Positions 62,532-64,000 of a stretch of DNA of 64,000 nt are shown here, in pieces. Position 1 is the first letter of the stretch; every line of letters begins with the position of its first letter. Position numbers and translations under genes: made by a program. The stretch is from Mobula hypostoma (taxonomy: Eukaryota): assembly GCF_963921235.1 (NCBI RefSeq), contig NC_086101.1:1674001-1738000 (forward strand), read 5' to 3'. The notes under the pieces were generated by a model. It saw nothing but the letters and a program-made list of their open reading frames with translations, made no database searches and had not been told where the DNA came from.

Positions 62532-63485
62532 ATTTCTTCTACCAAAGTGTATGATGATACACTTCCCAACACTGTATTCCATCTGCCACTTCTTTGCACA
62601 TTCTCCAAATCTGTCTGTCCTTCTGTAACCTCCCTATTTACTCAAAAATACCTGCCCTCCACTTGTCTTCATATCATCTCCAAAGTTTGAAACAAAGCCA
62701 TCAATTTCACCATCCAAATCATTGACATATAACGTAAAAACAATCGGTCCCTATAAAACACCACTAGTCACCAGCAGCCAACCAGAAAAGGTTCCCTGTA
62801 TTCCCACTCTTGTCTCCTGCCTCTCAGCCACTGTTTTATCCATGCTAGAACCTTCCCTGAAATACCGTGGGTTCATAGCTGGTAAAGCAGCTTCATGTGT
62901 GGCACCTTGTCAAAAGCCTTCTGAATATCCAAGTACATGACATCAAACAATTCACCTTTGCCTTTTATGCTTGCTATTTCTTCAAAAAATTCCAACAGAT
63001 TTGTCAGGTAAAATTCTCCCTTGAGGAAACCATGGGTGACTACGGCCTATTTATTATGTTCCTCAAAGCATCCCAAAACCACCTCCTGAACAATCGACTC
63101 CAACATCTTCCCAATGACTGAGGTCAGACTAACTGGCCTACAATTTCCATTCTTCTGCTTCTCTCTCTCTTCTTGAAATGTGGAGTGATATTTGCATTTT
63201 TCCAGAACCATTCTAGGATCTAGTTATTCTTGAAAGATCATTACTAATGCCTCCACAAACCCTTCAGCCAGCTCGTAGGCACTTCACAAATTCCCACTCC
63301 CGGAATCCAGCACCAATCTGATTTTCCCAATCTACCTGCATATTGAAATTCCCCATGACTATTGTAACATTTCCTATCTTCCACTGTAATTTCTGGACCT
63401 CATCTTCTGTACCATTTGGGGGTCTATATATAACTCTCATCAGGGTCTTTTAACCCCTGCAGTTCCTTAGCTCTAGCCGCAATGA
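62532..63485 (-). mobile_element. CR1 host continuation (decayed)
   Basis: ATTTCTTCTACCAAAGTG continues the sequence broken at 56753. Confidence 0.85.
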
Positions 63486-63489
63486 TACG

Positions 63490-64000
63490 TTAGACCATAA
63501 GTCACGGGAGCAGAATTAGGCTATTTGGCCCAGCAGGGCCGCTCCACTGTTCAATCATGGCTGAATCATTCTGTCCCCTCCTCAGCCTCTCAACCTGGCC
63601 TTCTCCCAGGAGCCTTTCATATTGTCTCCAATCAAGAGCCTCTGAATTTCTACCTTAAATACACCCAACGACCTGCCTACGGTGACAATTTCCACAAATT
63701 TACCATCTTCTGGCTAAAGAAATTTCTTCGCCTCTCTGTTTTAAATGGACACTCCTCTATCCTGTGGCTGTGCCCCCTTGTCCTAAATTCCCCCACTATG
63801 GGCAACATCCTTTCAACATCTACTCTGTCTCGGCCTTTCAACATTCAAAAGGTTTTAATGAGGTCACCCCACATCCTTCTGATATCCAGTGTACACAGAC
63901 TGAGAACAATCAGATTTTCCTTGTCCGATAACCCTTTCGTCCCCAGAATCATCCTTGTGAACCTCCTCTGAACCCACTCCAATTCCAGCACATCCTTTCT
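63490..64000 (-). mobile_element. CR1 3' end (runs off window)
   Basis: Tail TAGACCATAAG..GGAGCAGAATTAGGC and ORF2 C-terminus. Confidence 0.85.

Overview
Eukaryotic, vertebrate, repeat-dense DNA, most likely from a cartilaginous fish (ray or shark). This assignment is an inference from the CR1/HER1-type LINE tails, the V-SINE core and the Penelope-like tails. The great majority of the window is nested, mostly decayed retroelements: many CR1 LINEs (two young subfamilies with nearly intact ORF2), one L1-clade LINE, Rex1/Babar fragments and Penelope-like elements carrying minimal hammerhead-ribozyme motifs. There are two Ty3/Gypsy LTR elements, one with Gmr1-type INT-before-RT order and one chimeric element with a PNMA-like gag, plus three long minisatellites. 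The non-repeat islands contain (i) candidate + strand exons of an unidentified single-pass membrane protein (TM exon 953-1060; downstream exons at 14354 and 18756), (ii) a frameshifted non-lens beta/gamma-crystallin (EDSP/ep37-like) pseudogene at 34974-35458, (iii) a CpG-rich promoter/first-exon-like segment on the minus strand near 43.4 kb, and (iv) two diverged copies of an unexplained exon-like sequence. Several rearrangements can be reconstructed from junctions: an inverted duplication, a Rex-mediated inversion and an LTR recombinant. I found no CRISPR array or prokaryotic system and cannot claim a wholly new system. The best leads are the hammerhead-bearing Penelope derivatives and the unidentified membrane-protein gene. 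All identities were judged by eye; boundaries of old elements are approximate.
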